Positions 54,306-63,765 of a DNA stretch of 64,000 nucleotides are shown one piece after another. Position 1 is the stretch's first letter. The number at the start of each line of letters is the position of its first letter. The position numbers were made by a program, and so were the translations under genes. Source of the stretch: a virus; the IMG/VR virus record IMGVR_UViG_3300023174_000090, positions 1-64,000 of that record; one strand, given 5' to 3'. The notes beneath the pieces are model-generated. The model did not search any database. It saw nothing but the letters and a program-made list of their open reading frames with translations, and had not been told where the DNA came from.

Positions 54306-55607
54306 ATGGTAAAACTGAAGTCTGAAAATATTCAAAATTCATCTGGAATTGTTTTTGAATATGAAACACATCAATTAGGAATTCCCAATCCCCCATCAAA
54401 CATGCCTGTTGGCATGCCCAAATACTCATATGTGGGGGTAAAACCCGTACAAGTCCCCACAATACCTCCAGTAGAGATGCCAGAAGCATCTCTTCCTAGA
54501 GCAATAAATTATTATGCCGACTATGGTGGATGTGGGTTCTGGCGAATGATATGGCCAGAAATGTGTTTAAACGCCTATCAGAAGGCAGTTATTTCCGGTT
54601 TGACCTGCATGGTATTAGATTTGAGATTTTATCAGAATATTAAAACTATTAGAATGCAAAGACAGGCAACACCTGTTCAAAATGCATTTATCAAACAATT
54701 ACACGGCGCAAAATCAAAATATAATTACAGATTGCTATATGAGGTCGATGATATTGTCTTTAAAGACGATATTCCTGACTATAACAGATGTAAAGAGGCA
54801 TTTTGTGATGAAAATATTGTAAAAAGCATAACCGAAATCATGTCCATGATGGATGAAATCACTGTTACATGTGATTTCATGAAACAATATTATATTAATA
54901 AGACTGGAAATAAAAAAATAACAGTTATTCCCAACTATGCTCCGAAATTTTGGCTTGATAGGTTCTATGATAAGAAAAGACTCATGGAATCTTTCGAGAA
55001 AAACAAAAAACAACCGAGAATCTTGTATGCAGGATCTGGAACACATATCGACGTTGCAAATAAAACGGGAATGAAAGATGACTTTCATCATGTTGTTGAA
55101 GAAATCATCAAAGCCAGAAAAAAATTTAAATTTGTATGGAAGGGATGCTATCCACTAGCAATAAAACCATTCATTCAAAATGGAGAAATGGAATACCTAG
55201 ATTGGTCTGCTCTCATGGATTTACCAGAAGCAATTTTCAATGCAAATTGTAACGCAACTTTCGCTCCTCTTATGAACAATACTTTTAATAAATCAAAAAG
55301 TGACATTAAAATTATCGAGTCTGGAGCGTTTGGAATGCCCGGAACGTATCAAGACCTATGTACATACGCAGAAGCCGAATTTAAATTTGAAAGTGGAAAG
55401 GATTTGATATCTCAACTCGAATATATAACATCGGATTATGACAGATATGCAAAATTATCCGAAAATTCCAGAAACTTTACAGAAACGAGATGGTTGGAAA
55501 ATCATTTAGACAAGTACATGGGATTGTATACTACAGAATGGGGTTCCGCTGAAAGAAATAGACTCTATCCGGATATAATTAGACTCAATCCTGATCAAAA
55601 GATTTGA
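54306..55607 (+). CDS. GT-B (GT4-like) glycosyltransferase
   Basis: GGCGFWRMIWP, YEVDD, ITVTCDFMK, VIPN, RILYAGS..H, APL..N.FNKSKSDIKIIE.GA.G.P. Confidence 0.8.
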   Translation: MVKLKSENIQNSSGIVFEYETHQLGIPNPPSNMPVGMPKYSYVGVKPVQVPTIPPVEMPEASLPRAINYYADYGGCGFWRMIWPEMCLNAYQKAVISGLTCMVLDLRFYQNIKTIRMQRQATPVQNAFIKQLHGAKSKYNYRLLYEVDDIVFKDDIPDYNRCKEAFCDENIVKSITEIMSMMDEITVTCDFMKQYYINKTGNKKITVIPNYAPKFWLDRFYDKKRLMESFEKNKKQPRILYAGSGTHIDVANKTGMKDDFHHVVEEIIKARKKFKFVWKGCYPLAIKPFIQNGEMEYLDWSALMDLPEAIFNANCNATFAPLMNNTFNKSKSDIKIIESGAFGMPGTYQDLCTYAEAEFKFESGKDLISQLEYITSDYDRYAKLSENSRNFTETRWLENHLDKYMGLYTTEWGSAERNRLYPDIIRLNPDQKI

Positions 55608-55631
55608 CACTTTTCCTGCAAGTGCTAATAT
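55604..55631 (+). promoter_or_regulatory. sigma70-like promoter for DNA polymerase
   Basis: TTGACA-N16-TAATAT, 6 nt before ATG 55638. Confidence 0.65.
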
Positions 55632-55637
55632 AGGGGC

Positions 55638-58202
55638 ATGGGATGGAGAAATATTTTTTATGATGGTAAAGAAGAATGCATACATTTGTGGACTTGGAAT
55701 GAATTTGGAAAAAGAATTAAAGTAAAATCCAGTTACAATCCCTATTTGTATGTAGAAACTCAAAATGCGGATGACGCTACCTCTATTTTTAATACAAAAC
55801 TTAAAAAACTTACATTTAAAAATCAATTTGAGAGAAGCAAGTATGTAAACGAAACGCCAATTAAGCGTTTATTTCATAATATATCCTGTGAACAGGATTT
55901 TTTATTAACTTATTATAAAGATTCCTCGAATGATCCCGATTTTGGTAATTTTCCATTAAAAATTTATCTGTTTGACATCGAAACAGACTCTCGAGGAGCA
56001 TTTCCTGTCCCAGAAAAGGCGGAAGATCCTATAAATTTGATCACCATTTATGATACGATAGAAAAGGTATTTCACACTTGGGGATTGAAACCATATAACC
56101 CCAAAGATTCTAATGTCTATTATCATTATTGCACAAGTGAAATTCAACTTATAGAAGAATTTTTAAAATTTTGGGAGGACGATCCTCCTGATATGTTTGT
56201 GGGATGGAATTCAAATGATTTTGATATTCCATATATCATGAATAGAATAATAAATCTACTCGGAGAAGAAGATGCTCGACGATTATCACCTGTTAAAAAA
56301 ATTTATTTTAGAGAGAACATAGGAGTAAACAAGTTCGGAAAACAGGTTAACAAGTGGTATATTAGAGGAATTAGCCTGATCGACTACATGGAGGTATATA
56401 AAACCTTTTCTAGAAATGAAAAAGAATCCTATTCTCTGAATTACATATCACAACATGAATTAGGGGAAACAAAAACCAATATTGGAACTACAACACTCGC
56501 ACAGCTGGCAGACAGTGATTGGGATTTATTTGTAGATTACAATATTCAAGATGTTAGACTTCTCGTTAAACTCGAAGAAACCTTAAAGTTCCTTAAATTG
56601 GTTAAAATTCTATCATATAAGGGATTTATTCCATTCGAACAATCGCTTGGAAAGGTTTCAATGATTACAGGCGCAATTTCAAATCAAGCTTCCAGAGAAA
56701 ACCTTATTATTCCAACATTTAAAAATGATAATCTGGAAACAGATTATATAGGAGGGTATGTACACGATCCAGAACGAGGACTTAGCGTTGATGTTATTAG
56801 TTATGACGCAAATAGTCTATATCCCAATACAATTATTACATTAAATGTTTCTCCGGAAACAAAAATTGGAAAAGTAATTTCCAAAGAAAATTCTGAATAT
56901 GTATTAAAATTAACAACTGGAAAAACAGTTTCATTAAAAGAGGAAGTTTTTAATAAACTTTTGATAAAAGAACAATTATCCCTATCCAAACATAACATTT
57001 TATATAGTCAAAAATTTAAAGGAGTCATTCCCAAATTTATTGATACTCTATATTCAGAGCGAGTTGATGCCAAGGATAGAATGTTGGAACTTTCTAAAAA
57101 ACTCCATACCTTTAAGAATAAGGAAGAAATACAAGAGCAAATTTCCGATTTGGATACCATTCAATACACTTATAAAATTTTATTGAATTCAATTTATGGA
57201 GTTTTCGGACAGAAATACTCTCCATTTTATGATGTGGATCATGCCGCTAGTATTACACTAACCGGACAGGCTGTTGTTAAGCAAGCTGCTGAAATTATCT
57301 CCAAATACGCAATAGATATTGGAGTGGAGTGTACAAAAGAAGATATATATAGATATGGCGATACGGATAGTATTTATATATCTATAAATAAAATTCTTAA
57401 AAATAATAGAATTGATTTGATTTGTGATAATAAAATTACAGATGGTGCAAAAAAATTAATAAATGATATTGGTCAATTGTTAAACACCAATATTAAGGAT
57501 TGGGCCGAGGAAGAATTGAAATCAACAGATCCTCGATTCATCTTTAAACAAGAATCTACGTGCGATGTTGCAGTTTTCATGGAAAAGAAGAGATATATTT
57601 TACATATTATCGAATCAGAAGGATTAGCTCCTAAAAATCCATTTAAATATGTGGGTGTCGAAGTTGTGCGTTCTTCGTTCTCAGAACCTACCAAGAAGCT
57701 AATTAAAGATGTTATTGAATCCGCTATTCTTTCCAAAGATAAACAACAGTCTGATAAAATTCTTAAAAACGCATACGAAAAATTTTGCAAAATGCCTATA
57801 GAAGATATTTCTTTTAGAACTAAAATTACAGACATTAAAAAACAAATTAATAAAATTAGGGATGGAAAAATTGGCTTAGGAACTCCGGTTCACGCAAAAG
57901 GTGCTATTTATTTCAATCAAATGCTTGCACATTTGAATTTGGAAGCCAAATATGAATCAATATCAAATGGAATAAAAATTAAATGGTTTTATCCCTCAAA
58001 AAACACATTCAACTATAATGCAATGTCCTTTATAGATGAATTTCCTACAGAATTTACCGATTTGTTTAAAATAAATTTTGAAAAAATGTTCGATAAAAGC
58101 GTAACCCCTCCTGTTGAGAGATTATATGATTGTTTGGGGTGGCAACTTCCACAAGTTACGCAAGAAACAGTAACCGATTTGATTGACTTATTTGGAAATT
58201 AA
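55638..58202 (+). CDS. gp43: Family B DNA polymerase, T4 gp43-like
   Basis: ExoI FDIET, ExoII GWNSNDFDIPY, ExoIII YNIQDV; SYDANSLYP, KILLNSIYG, YGDTDS, KKRY. Confidence 0.97.
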   Translation: MGWRNIFYDGKEECIHLWTWNEFGKRIKVKSSYNPYLYVETQNADDATSIFNTKLKKLTFKNQFERSKYVNETPIKRLFHNISCEQDFLLTYYKDSSNDPDFGNFPLKIYLFDIETDSRGAFPVPEKAEDPINLITIYDTIEKVFHTWGLKPYNPKDSNVYYHYCTSEIQLIEEFLKFWEDDPPDMFVGWNSNDFDIPYIMNRIINLLGEEDARRLSPVKKIYFRENIGVNKFGKQVNKWYIRGISLIDYMEVYKTFSRNEKESYSLNYISQHELGETKTNIGTTTLAQLADSDWDLFVDYNIQDVRLLVKLEETLKFLKLVKILSYKGFIPFEQSLGKVSMITGAISNQASRENLIIPTFKNDNLETDYIGGYVHDPERGLSVDVISYDANSLYPNTIITLNVSPETKIGKVISKENSEYVLKLTTGKTVSLKEEVFNKLLIKEQLSLSKHNILYSQKFKGVIPKFIDTLYSERVDAKDRMLELSKKLHTFKNKEEIQEQISDLDTIQYTYKILLNSIYGVFGQKYSPFYDVDHAASITLTGQAVVKQAAEIISKYAIDIGVECTKEDIYRYGDTDSIYISINKILKNNRIDLICDNKITDGAKKLINDIGQLLNTNIKDWAEEELKSTDPRFIFKQESTCDVAVFMEKKRYILHIIESEGLAPKNPFKYVGVEVVRSSFSEPTKKLIKDVIESAILSKDKQQSDKILKNAYEKFCKMPIEDISFRTKITDIKKQINKIRDGKIGLGTPVHAKGAIYFNQMLAHLNLEAKYESISNGIKIKWFYPSKNTFNYNAMSFIDEFPTEFTDLFKINFEKMFDKSVTPPVERLYDCLGWQLPQVTQETVTDLIDLFGN

Positions 58203-58217
58203 TTTAAAATATTAAAT

Positions 58218-58871
58218 ATGGAAGTAAAACTAACAAGCATAACACAACCACTAATCGAGGGTTTGGTAAGTCCGGAAGATTTGATAAGCTATACAGCAAG
58301 AGTATCAAATCCTTCGAATCAATTAAATACTGAAACTGCTCCTAAATTATTGAAATATTTGATACAACATAAACATTGGTCTCCATTTGAGCACGTATCA
58401 TTGACATTTCAGATTGTAACTTCTAGAGCCATAGCCGCACAGATTCTTCGACATAGGAGCTTTTGTTTTCAGGAATTCAGTCAAAGATATTCAACTAATA
58501 CTGAACTGGAATCATTTGATGTAAGACAACAGGCGTTAAAAAATAGACAATCTAGTTCTGAACAATTAGAACTCTCCGAAGATAATATTACGCTTCTTAA
58601 AGATTATTTGACAACAGGTGTTAAACTCTATGAAGATCTTATAGAAAAGGGAGCAGCTAAAGAGTGCGCTAGAATGTTCTTGCCACTGTGTACACAAACA
58701 ACCTTATTTATGACAGGAACCCTCAGAAGTTGGATACATTACGTGGAAGTTAGAACAGATGAAACAACACAGTTAGAACATAGAGAGATTGCCTTGGCTA
58801 TTAAAGAGGGATTGATTTCTATATTTCCAAATGTTACAGAAGCCTTAGAGTGGACAGTTGACAAAAACTAA
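58218..58871 (+). CDS. thyX: Flavin-dependent thymidylate synthase
   Basis: ARVSNP, HKHWSPFE, QILRHRSFCFQEFSQRY, AKECARMFLP, TQLEHR. Confidence 0.96.
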   Translation: MEVKLTSITQPLIEGLVSPEDLISYTARVSNPSNQLNTETAPKLLKYLIQHKHWSPFEHVSLTFQIVTSRAIAAQILRHRSFCFQEFSQRYSTNTELESFDVRQQALKNRQSSSEQLELSEDNITLLKDYLTTGVKLYEDLIEKGAAKECARMFLPLCTQTTLFMTGTLRSWIHYVEVRTDETTQLEHREIALAIKEGLISIFPNVTEALEWTVDKN

Positions 58872-58895
58872 TTGTGTGTTAAATTATATACGAAT

Positions 58896-59282
58896 ATGGA
58901 AACACAAAATCTCATAACAATCCTAGACAATGTCGGCAGAACAATTTTAGGCGAAGTAAACGCAGAACTTACAAATGATAGCGTTCTAGTTATCAAAAAT
59001 GCAGTTGTTTTGCATGTAAAAGAACATGATGGTGGAAGAGTATCGATTCAACTACTTCCTATCTTCTTTAGAGAATTCTTTGCAGACAAAACATCTGATT
59101 ACAATATTTTCTACAAAAAGACTAATATTTCAGAAACAGATATTACAGCATATGATTTTAGATTGTTGGGTCAATACGGTCAAATGTTTAATAAGTCCAA
59201 TACGTTTGTTGCACCAACTCCACAAGCAAATCAAGGAGAAGCTCAAAATAAACCATCTGTGATCAATTTATTTGACGAATAA
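58896..59282 (+). CDS. Hypothetical protein (Sm-like/small beta-barrel?)
   Basis: ATG 58896 behind TTGACA-N16-TAAATT (starting 58858); followed by a terminator. Confidence 0.6.
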   Translation: METQNLITILDNVGRTILGEVNAELTNDSVLVIKNAVVLHVKEHDGGRVSIQLLPIFFREFFADKTSDYNIFYKKTNISETDITAYDFRLLGQYGQMFNKSNTFVAPTPQANQGEAQNKPSVINLFDE

Positions 59283-59304
59283 GGAAAAAAGACACAGTAA
59301 AAAC

Positions 59305-59342
59305 AAAAAATCCCGAAAGTTGTTTGACTTTTGGGATTTTTT
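59305..59342 (+). terminator. Rho-independent terminator overlapping the uvsX promoter
   Basis: AAAAAATCCCGAAAGT-loop-ACTTTTGGGATTTTTT; TTGACT(59324)-N17-TATTAT(59347) is embedded in it. Confidence 0.75.
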
Positions 59343-59364
59343 ATTGTATTATTAAATTCTAATT

Positions 59365-60456
59365 ATGGCTAAGAAAAAAACAGAAGACGAACAACTAAAA
59401 TCCGGTGATATTTCAGATGCTTTTAAAATTTTGGATGATTTAAATCCAGATGCACAGTTTTTGGACGAAAACACATTATCCACGGTAAATGAATGGGTAG
59501 ACACGGGATCGATGGCATTGAATGCTATTATTTCCGGATCTTTATATGGCGGAATCCCCATGGGAAGAATTATCGGCTTCGCAGGACCAACTTCTTGCGG
59601 AAAAACCTTAATGGTAAATAAAATTATGGCAAATGCACAAAAAAAGGGAATGCATGTTGTCTATTTTGACACTGAAAATGCACTTGATAAAGATACCGCA
59701 CAATCTTTAGGATGTGATCCATCAAAAATCAAACACTGTCCGATAGAAATCATCGAAGAATGTAGAAATCAAATTGTTAAATTTTTAAAATCTGTTGTAG
59801 ATAATGGATTGCAGGGTAAAATTCTACTTGCAATTGATTCTTTGGGCAACCTGATCTCTTCAAGAGAAGCCAAAATAATCGAGGATGGAAAGGATTCTGC
59901 CGACATGGGAGCAAGAGCAGTCAGCTTAAAAAGCATGCTTAGGGCAATCACCCACGCAGCCGCAAAAGCAAACTGTCCTGTAATTTTTACCAATCACACT
60001 TATGATAATCCCGGAGCATTGTATCCAACGCTTGTTAAAAGCCAATCTGGAGGCTCTGGACCGCTCTATATGTCGTCTGTACTCGTTCAGATGGCAACAA
60101 AGCAGGAGAGAGTTGGTAAATCGGATAACAAAAACGCATCCGATGAAACAACACCACTTTCTAAAGACGTAAATGGACTTACAATGCGAGCACTCACAAC
60201 AAAAAATCGATTCGTACCACCATTTTTGGAAGTCGAAATGTATTTAAATTTCAGAACCGGACTTTCTAAATATTCTGGACTCTTGGAAATGGCAGAAGGA
60301 TATGGAGTAATTTCAAAACAAGGACATCGCTATGTTTTAGGTGAAGAGGTTTTGGGATTTTACAAAGATTTCAAAGATAATAACGAAATTTGGGCTAGAA
60401 TTCTACCTCTATTGGAAGAAAAATTAAAATCTGAGCTTAAATTTAAAAAAGAATAA
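59365..60456 (+). CDS. uvsX: RecA-like recombinase UvsX
   Basis: DTGSMALNAIISGSLYGGIP.GRI..FAGPTSCGKT, YFDTE, IDSLG, ADMG.RA, SGGSG..Y, KNRF. Confidence 0.93.
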   Translation: MAKKKTEDEQLKSGDISDAFKILDDLNPDAQFLDENTLSTVNEWVDTGSMALNAIISGSLYGGIPMGRIIGFAGPTSCGKTLMVNKIMANAQKKGMHVVYFDTENALDKDTAQSLGCDPSKIKHCPIEIIEECRNQIVKFLKSVVDNGLQGKILLAIDSLGNLISSREAKIIEDGKDSADMGARAVSLKSMLRAITHAAAKANCPVIFTNHTYDNPGALYPTLVKSQSGGSGPLYMSSVLVQMATKQERVGKSDNKNASDETTPLSKDVNGLTMRALTTKNRFVPPFLEVEMYLNFRTGLSKYSGLLEMAEGYGVISKQGHRYVLGEEVLGFYKDFKDNNEIWARILPLLEEKLKSELKFKKE

Positions 60457-60463
60457 AAAAGTA

Positions 60464-60492
60464 TTGATCTATTCTTCTGGACCATGTATAGT
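60464..60492 (+). promoter_or_regulatory. sigma70-like promoter for gp41
   Basis: TTGATC-N17-TATAGT; implies the true start is ATG 60499. Confidence 0.55.
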
Positions 60493-60498
60493 CCTTAT

Positions 60499-61881
60499 AT
60501 GAATAATACAATATCTATGGATTTTGATCTCTTTGAGAGAGTCTTAATATACAACTCTCTCATTGATCAAAACTATTTAGAAACTATTGTAGAACATATC
60601 AAGCCTTCATATTTCAAAAATAAAGAAATACGAACTGTTGTCGAGTGTTTATTAAAATTTTACCATAATTTTGGTAAAATTCCTAATAATACTGAGTTAA
60701 AAACTCATATGACCGTCGATGAAGAGCGACAAGCACTTAAATCAGTAGCATTGGGGTTCAATCAAATTGATAAAACATATGATAAGGAAGTTTTATTAAA
60801 AAATACTGAAAGATTTATTAGGGAAAAGGCGGTTTTAAATACCGTTGTCAAAACATCCGTTGATGTAAACTCCGGAACATTCAATACTGCTCAGATTTTG
60901 GCAGATTTTGAAAAGGCTTGTAATATTTCTTTGGTTGAAAGTTTGGGATTGGATTATTTCAATTCTATCGATAAACATTGCGATGACCTTTTAAAGGTTT
61001 CTAAGACTCTTTCAACTGGATGGAAGTGGTTGGATGATAAAATTGGAGGAGGTTTTCTAGCAGAGGGCAAGGCTCTTTATGTTTTTTATGGAGTTACCAA
61101 TGTAGGCAAATCCATATTTTTAGGAAACGTTGCATCCAATATTTTAAACCAAGACAAAACGGTGCTTCTAATCTCATTGGAGATGTCTGAGCAGGTATAT
61201 GCTACTCGAATGAGTTCAAACTTGTCACAAATTGCAATGGCAGATTTGTCTACTAATATTAACCCCCTCAAAAAAGAGTTGGGAATATATAAAACAAATC
61301 ATAAAAATTCTAAATTAATTATTAAAGAATTTCCCCCACAATCAATCACGCCAAATCAGATTAAAGTATATATTGAAAGATTGGTTAGAAAGGGAATATC
61401 TCCAGATGTTATAGTGATTGACTATTTAAATCTAATTGCGGCTCCTGAAAGGGGAAAGAATTCATATGAATCTATTAAAGCAGTCACAGAACAAATTAGA
61501 GCATTGTCATATCATTTTAATTGTCCAGTAGTCAGCGCAACTCAAACAAACAGAAGTGCGTATGGAGAAGCTAACCCCGGACTGGAAACAATGAGCGAAT
61601 CTATGGGATTGGCGCATACAGCAGATGCACAATTTTCAATCTGGAGCGAGGAGGGCGACATTGAATTAGGACAAATACATCTGGGAGTGAATAAAAATAG
61701 ATTTGGTCCTATTGGAGCACATACTACCTTGGAAATTGACTACCCAACATTAACCCTTCGAGATTCTAGCAACGCTACAGTCGAATTGACGAATAAATTA
61801 AACAATAAAATATCATCCTCTATAACTTCTTCTAGTCTATCCGATACGTTTGATCTAATAGAGGGGTTGGATATTGATTGA
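60499..61881 (+). CDS. gp41: Replicative DnaB-like helicase, T4 gp41-like
   Basis: GVTNVGKS, ISLEMSE, LIIKEFP, IDYLNL, SATQTNR, SESMGL..TAD, KNRFG. Confidence 0.93.
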   Translation: MNNTISMDFDLFERVLIYNSLIDQNYLETIVEHIKPSYFKNKEIRTVVECLLKFYHNFGKIPNNTELKTHMTVDEERQALKSVALGFNQIDKTYDKEVLLKNTERFIREKAVLNTVVKTSVDVNSGTFNTAQILADFEKACNISLVESLGLDYFNSIDKHCDDLLKVSKTLSTGWKWLDDKIGGGFLAEGKALYVFYGVTNVGKSIFLGNVASNILNQDKTVLLISLEMSEQVYATRMSSNLSQIAMADLSTNINPLKKELGIYKTNHKNSKLIIKEFPPQSITPNQIKVYIERLVRKGISPDVIVIDYLNLIAAPERGKNSYESIKAVTEQIRALSYHFNCPVVSATQTNRSAYGEANPGLETMSESMGLAHTADAQFSIWSEEGDIELGQIHLGVNKNRFGPIGAHTTLEIDYPTLTLRDSSNATVELTNKLNNKISSSITSSSLSDTFDLIEGLDID

Positions 61882-61925
61882 TTTTTAAGTTATTACAAAT
61901 AAATATGCTTTTATATAGTATATTT

Positions 61926-62228
61926 ATGATAATAACTTCAACTCAACAAATAGAGGAAATGATAAATCCTTCAAATGCATTAGATATGACAGAATTTGAA
62001 GATACAACTTTAAAACTTGGTTCTTTTGTATGCATTGCAAAGAAAAAAAAGTTTAATTTTTTAAATTTTTTAAAATTAATACTAGAAGATGAAAAAACAC
62101 AAAAAATATATTTTAATTTATTGGGAGAAACCAATATTCAACTTATTATTAGAGCATATTTAAATAGTACGCCAAACGTATATAAAAAGATTTTTAGATC
62201 AAAATTTAACCATAAAAATAAAAATTGA
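61926..62228 (+). CDS. Hypothetical protein
   Basis: ATG at 61926 in the 61878 ORF; tightly packed operon. Confidence 0.55.
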   Translation: MIITSTQQIEEMINPSNALDMTEFEDTTLKLGSFVCIAKKKKFNFLNFLKLILEDEKTQKIYFNLLGETNIQLIIRAYLNSTPNVYKKIFRSKFNHKNKN

Positions 62229-62884
62229 ATACAAAATTAACTGAAACAGAAAAAAAAATTTACAATACACATTTGAAATATTCCAGAAATGGACAGGCAT
62301 ACACGCCTAGAAAAGATTTCTCCGGTCTGGATGCTTCTACTATACTGTTTTTAAAAAAAATAAATATATTCTTCGGGAAATTTGAACATATTTCTTGCGA
62401 AGATTACTTTAAAGCCCCTCTATTGCTTCATCCGGATGAAAAATATCCACATTTGGGATATTTTATAACAAGACCCGCAATTAAAACATACTCATTGGCA
62501 ATGAAAAAGCTTGAAGATGAGTCGCCTGAAAATCAAATAGAAAAAATAAAAGAAAGTATTAGATTTATAACAATGTTCTGCCTTCAAAATAGGATCAATA
62601 TAGATCAGTATTTGGATCATAGAACATTCAACATGCCCACTTGGATGCAACACTACAGAGAACATACCGTAAATCCATATGCACTGATAGGAGTTGGAAG
62701 TTTAGATAGATTTTTAATGCTACAAGAAGATGAGAAGGCATTATGGGCTGGAAATTTTTTTGAAAAATATGATACTTTTCGTATAAGGTTTTACAATTCA
62801 AAGAAAACAAAAGAACTTGTAACTGAAGCCTACTCCCGAATGAAAATTTTTTTAAAAAAAGAGTTGCAATTTAAAACTACTTGA
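62225..62884 (+). CDS. Hypothetical protein (gp59 helicase-loader position)
   Basis: 219 aa, immediately upstream of gp32 where T4 has gp59 of similar size; no motif confirmed. Confidence 0.45.
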   Translation: MNTKLTETEKKIYNTHLKYSRNGQAYTPRKDFSGLDASTILFLKKINIFFGKFEHISCEDYFKAPLLLHPDEKYPHLGYFITRPAIKTYSLAMKKLEDESPENQIEKIKESIRFITMFCLQNRINIDQYLDHRTFNMPTWMQHYREHTVNPYALIGVGSLDRFLMLQEDEKALWAGNFFEKYDTFRIRFYNSKKTKELVTEAYSRMKIFLKKELQFKTT

Positions 62885-62892
62885 TGTAATAT
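62864..62892 (+). promoter_or_regulatory. sigma70-like promoter for gp32
   Basis: TTGCAA-N17-TAATAT. Confidence 0.6.
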
Positions 62893-62912
62893 TATAGCCT
62901 AATCTAACAAAT

Positions 62913-63761
62913 ATGAAATATTCAAACAATCTATTCGAATCTATTAAAGATGCGTTCAACAAAAAAACAAATGGAGAAAATGCAGCTTATAAGGATTTTT
63001 TGAAGCTTGAAGCAGGAAATACCTATGTGGTTCGCCTTGTTCCAAACATCAAGAACCCTGATAGAACTATTTTCCATTATTTTCACCACATTTGGAAGAG
63101 CATTCATAATGGACAATACGTTTCCGTATTGTGTCCTAACACTTACGGGGAAAGCTGCCCGATTGATGAGTATCGTTCCAAAATCTACGCAACCAAAAAC
63201 GAATCTTTGATTGAAAAGACAAAGCCCCTGAAGAGAAACGAGAATTGGCTTTGCAATGCTTACGTCATCAAAGACCCCACAAACCCTGAAAACCAAGGAG
63301 CACTGAAGGTTCTGCGCTTTGGAAAACAACTTTTCGAAGTTATCTCCTCTGCAATTAGCGGCGACGATTCTGAAGAGTTTGGTGCAAAGATTTTTGACCT
63401 CTCTGAAAACGGTTGCAGCCTTAGAATCAAGGTAGAAACCAATGAAGGCGGTTATCCTAAGTACACCGCATCTCGATTTATGACTCCGTGCGCTGTTGAG
63501 GGATTGGAGAACTTGGAAGAAGTGTACGAGGCGGCAAAAGAACTTGACGCCGTTTTCGAGAGCAAGTCGAAAAAGGAAATCCAAGATCTTCTTAACCTGC
63601 ATTTCTTGGGCAAAGATCGAGAAGAAGAAAAGAACACTGTAGTTGAGAAGGAAGAGGAAATCGATGTTCCGATTACATCTCAAACAGAGACATATATCGA
63701 GCGAGATGCCACTATTTCAGATAGTGACGATAAAATTCAAGATATTTTGAAGGATCTGTAA
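62913..63761 (+). CDS. gp32: Single-stranded DNA-binding protein, T4 gp32-like
   Basis: VVRLVP, HIW, CPNTYGESCPI, N.YVIKDP.NPENQG..KV.RFGK, IFDL...G, YPKY..SRF; acidic tail. Confidence 0.92.
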   Translation: MKYSNNLFESIKDAFNKKTNGENAAYKDFLKLEAGNTYVVRLVPNIKNPDRTIFHYFHHIWKSIHNGQYVSVLCPNTYGESCPIDEYRSKIYATKNESLIEKTKPLKRNENWLCNAYVIKDPTNPENQGALKVLRFGKQLFEVISSAISGDDSEEFGAKIFDLSENGCSLRIKVETNEGGYPKYTASRFMTPCAVEGLENLEEVYEAAKELDAVFESKSKKEIQDLLNLHFLGKDREEEKNTVVEKEEEIDVPITSQTETYIERDATISDSDDKIQDILKDL

Positions 63762-63765
63762 TTAA

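Noticed and set aside
46276-55607. GT cluster as T4-style DNA hypermodification
   Set aside because: Not favoured: no dCMP/dUMP hydroxymethylase or other base-modifying enzyme in the window, ThyX is canonical, the GT families are oligosaccharide-type and some have late promoters. Not fully excluded for the GT4-like gene next to the polymerase, or if such genes lie outside the window.
55638-61881. Inteins or introns in gp43, uvsX or gp41
   Set aside because: Lengths are normal, motifs are contiguous, and no intein splice motifs or ORF breaks were seen.
62931-63683. 250-aa antisense ORF over gp32
   Set aside because: Mirror frame of a highly expressed, codon-biased gene that has few TTA/CTA/TCA codons; no recognisable motifs or start signals.
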